Below are positions 62,269-64,000 of a stretch of DNA of 64,000 nt, piece by piece. Origin of the DNA: Bigelowiella natans CCMP2755. Taxonomy: Eukaryota; Protista; Cercozoa. Location: positions 38,118-102,117 of the forward strand of contig ADNK01001573.1 of NCBI GenBank assembly GCA_000320545.1, in the 5' to 3' direction. The position numbers and the translations under genes are program-made. The notes below the pieces were generated by a model. The model worked only from the letters and a program-made list of their open reading frames with translations, did not search any database and was not told the DNA's origin. Position 1 is the stretch's first letter. Each line of letters opens with the position of its first letter.

Positions 62269-64000
62269 TGTAGCGCGTACCACTACGCGGGCACAAGTCA
62301 CGTGCGACAACAAAGGGGTTGTCGCGGATATAGAATATAGATAACGTAGATATTAATACAGCATAGGCACGTGGGTTCCGGCGGGACTCATGGCAGCACA
62401 CCGGAAGTGTGCTGCCCCACGTGCGGCGGCATTCGCGAAAGCTTCGCGAATGATTACGCAGTGCACGATTTAATAAAAATATAATCTTTAATAAAAATAA
62501 ACACAACTCTTCAAAAGGAAGCAAACGTGCCTTTCCCCCCCCCTGCCTACTTGTGCACGTAGCGCCTCGGCCTGTGAACACCTTACGCGCAACAACCTTT
62601 GGCTTCCACACACGGGAAACGATTTGACTAACAATGTCACAGCAGCTAGAAGAACAGCAGGACTTTGGCTCGCAGGCCGTGCAAGGGCACGAGCAGAAAC
62701 AGGAAAGGAAGGGCGATACGGACGCTAAGGAAGGAGGAGGAACACCTCCACAGGCACCGCCGGGACCAGCACCCGGGATTAAGAAAGCAGATGCAGCAGC
62801 AGAGGCACTGGAGAACTTCTACGAGGCGGACGACGAGGACGTGGCCGCCGAAAGCAAGAAGGTCGTAATGGCATTACGAGCCTTGCGACCCAGGGCGAGC
62901 AACTACGCCAAACTGAAAGTATCGATAGAATACAAGTATCAGACACATGATGTTTGGGCAGCTATCATGCAGGACATCATGGATTACGAAGCAGACTTAC
63001 CTCCAGAGTGGGCAGCTTTGTTTAGGAACGACGGGGGTCTGGGCGCCTCGCGGGGGACGACCCAGAGCACCGTCAAGCAGCAGCAGCCGGTACAGCGGAA
63101 CACCCAGTTCATGTCTGTTAAAACAGCACCGGTTATGATAACGAAATACAACGGGAAAAGAGGTGAGGCAAGGAGGTGGTGGAAGAACGCTAGGAGTATA
63201 CTCTGCGACTTTACCCCTAACCCCACCGAAAACGACAAGCTCAAATGGCTAGCTATAATAAAGCAAGCCATGGACCTTTACGAGACAGGCAGGACCCGGA
63301 TCAGGCAGCTAGAGAAAATACACACTACAGTTAGTGGGCTACGAGACGTTGAGGCGATAATGAAGGCTTTTGTAAATGAACAGGATGCTAACTCCCTACC
63401 CCAGGCTATTAGAAAATACAGAGCAATGATGCAGCATGAGAGAGAACCTGTTAGAGACTTTGCCACGCGCTTCCAGGATATGATCGACGAACTACATGAT
63501 TTTAATTACAACACAGGTGATGATCAGGCAAGGTTTGAAGAGTTCAAGTTAAAGATAAAGGAATCCACTTACGTTACGGAGAAAGGCTACACCACGATGG
63601 AGGCAGCAGTGCAGGCTATATCCCTACGCGAGCAGGAGCAGGACCGCAAGTTTACCAGCCCTAAGGTACCTGGCATAGGAAACATTAACGCTATTAAGCC
63701 GCAGCGAGACTGGTACAAGGACAGGGAAGGTAACCGACGTTGCGGATACTGCTCACGTAAAGGGAAACACACCGCTAAAGACTGCAGAGACAGGAAAGAA
63801 GGACGACCCAGGATGACGATCAGGCAGCTCAACGAACACTACGAGAAGTTAAAGAGAAAGAAAGGCAGAGGACAAGGATATAACAACAGCAAATGGCAAG
63901 GCAGCAACAACGGGAAGAACAATAAATATAAGAACAAAAAGCAGAACAGTATCAATGCTATACAGCAGCAGATAAACGGAATATTAGATCACCTTTAAGC
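62269..64000 (+). mobile_element. Second LTR retrotransposon (probably Ty3/gypsy-like), 5' LTR + PBS + gag; truncated by window edge
   Basis: Putative LTR 62269-62594 bounded by TGTAGCGCGTA...TACGCGCAACA (11-bp inverted ends, 1 mismatch) with AATAAA signals. PBS TGGCTTCCACACACGGG (62600-62616) is complementary to a tRNA 3'-CCA end, and a gag ORF follows. Confidence 0.82.
62634..63998 (+). CDS. Retrotransposon Gag protein (454 aa)
   Basis: Capsid-like segments (KYNGKRGEARRWW; major-homology-like MQHEREPVRDFATRF) and a zinc knuckle variant CGYCSRKGKHTAKDC; intronless. Confidence 0.85.
   Translation: MSQQLEEQQDFGSQAVQGHEQKQERKGDTDAKEGGGTPPQAPPGPAPGIKKADAAAEALENFYEADDEDVAAESKKVVMALRALRPRASNYAKLKVSIEYKYQTHDVWAAIMQDIMDYEADLPPEWAALFRNDGGLGASRGTTQSTVKQQQPVQRNTQFMSVKTAPVMITKYNGKRGEARRWWKNARSILCDFTPNPTENDKLKWLAIIKQAMDLYETGRTRIRQLEKIHTTVSGLRDVEAIMKAFVNEQDANSLPQAIRKYRAMMQHEREPVRDFATRFQDMIDELHDFNYNTGDDQARFEEFKLKIKESTYVTEKGYTTMEAAVQAISLREQEQDRKFTSPKVPGIGNINAIKPQRDWYKDREGNRRCGYCSRKGKHTAKDCRDRKEGRPRMTIRQLNEHYEKLKRKKGRGQGYNNSKWQGSNNGKNNKYKNKKQNSINAIQQQINGILDHL

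Overview
Eukaryotic nuclear DNA, intron-dense, with introns full of microsatellites (AG, AC, AT, CAT, TAG, CTT). Most short ORFs in the track are therefore artefacts, and real genes had to be rebuilt by hand from GT-AG exons. A signal peptide + transit + twin-Arg presequence suggests an alga with a secondary plastid; chlorarachniophyte-like is my inference. The window holds about 13 protein genes in strictly alternating orientation: YeeE/YedE sulfur transporter(-), tandem SH3/Tudor-like protein(+), P5CS(-), PsbQ-like(+), small membrane protein(-), DGAT2(+), histidine phosphatase(-), F-box(+), unknown(-), kinesin-4 with SAP domain(+), unknown(-), homoserine O-acetyltransferase(+), probable unknown(-). 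It also holds a solitary 5S rRNA gene, an intact recent Ty1/copia element (53796-60889) and the 5' LTR + gag of a second LTR element at the right edge. Two signals stand out. (1) Every tail-to-tail gene junction, and no head-to-head junction, carries a distinctive island of short palindromes (CTAG/TAGCTA/GCATGC/TGCA), and the copia inserted into one of them. (2) The copia LTRs carry an exceptionally long, perfectly phased heat-shock-element array (12+6 nGAAn units) and end non-canonically in TG...AA.
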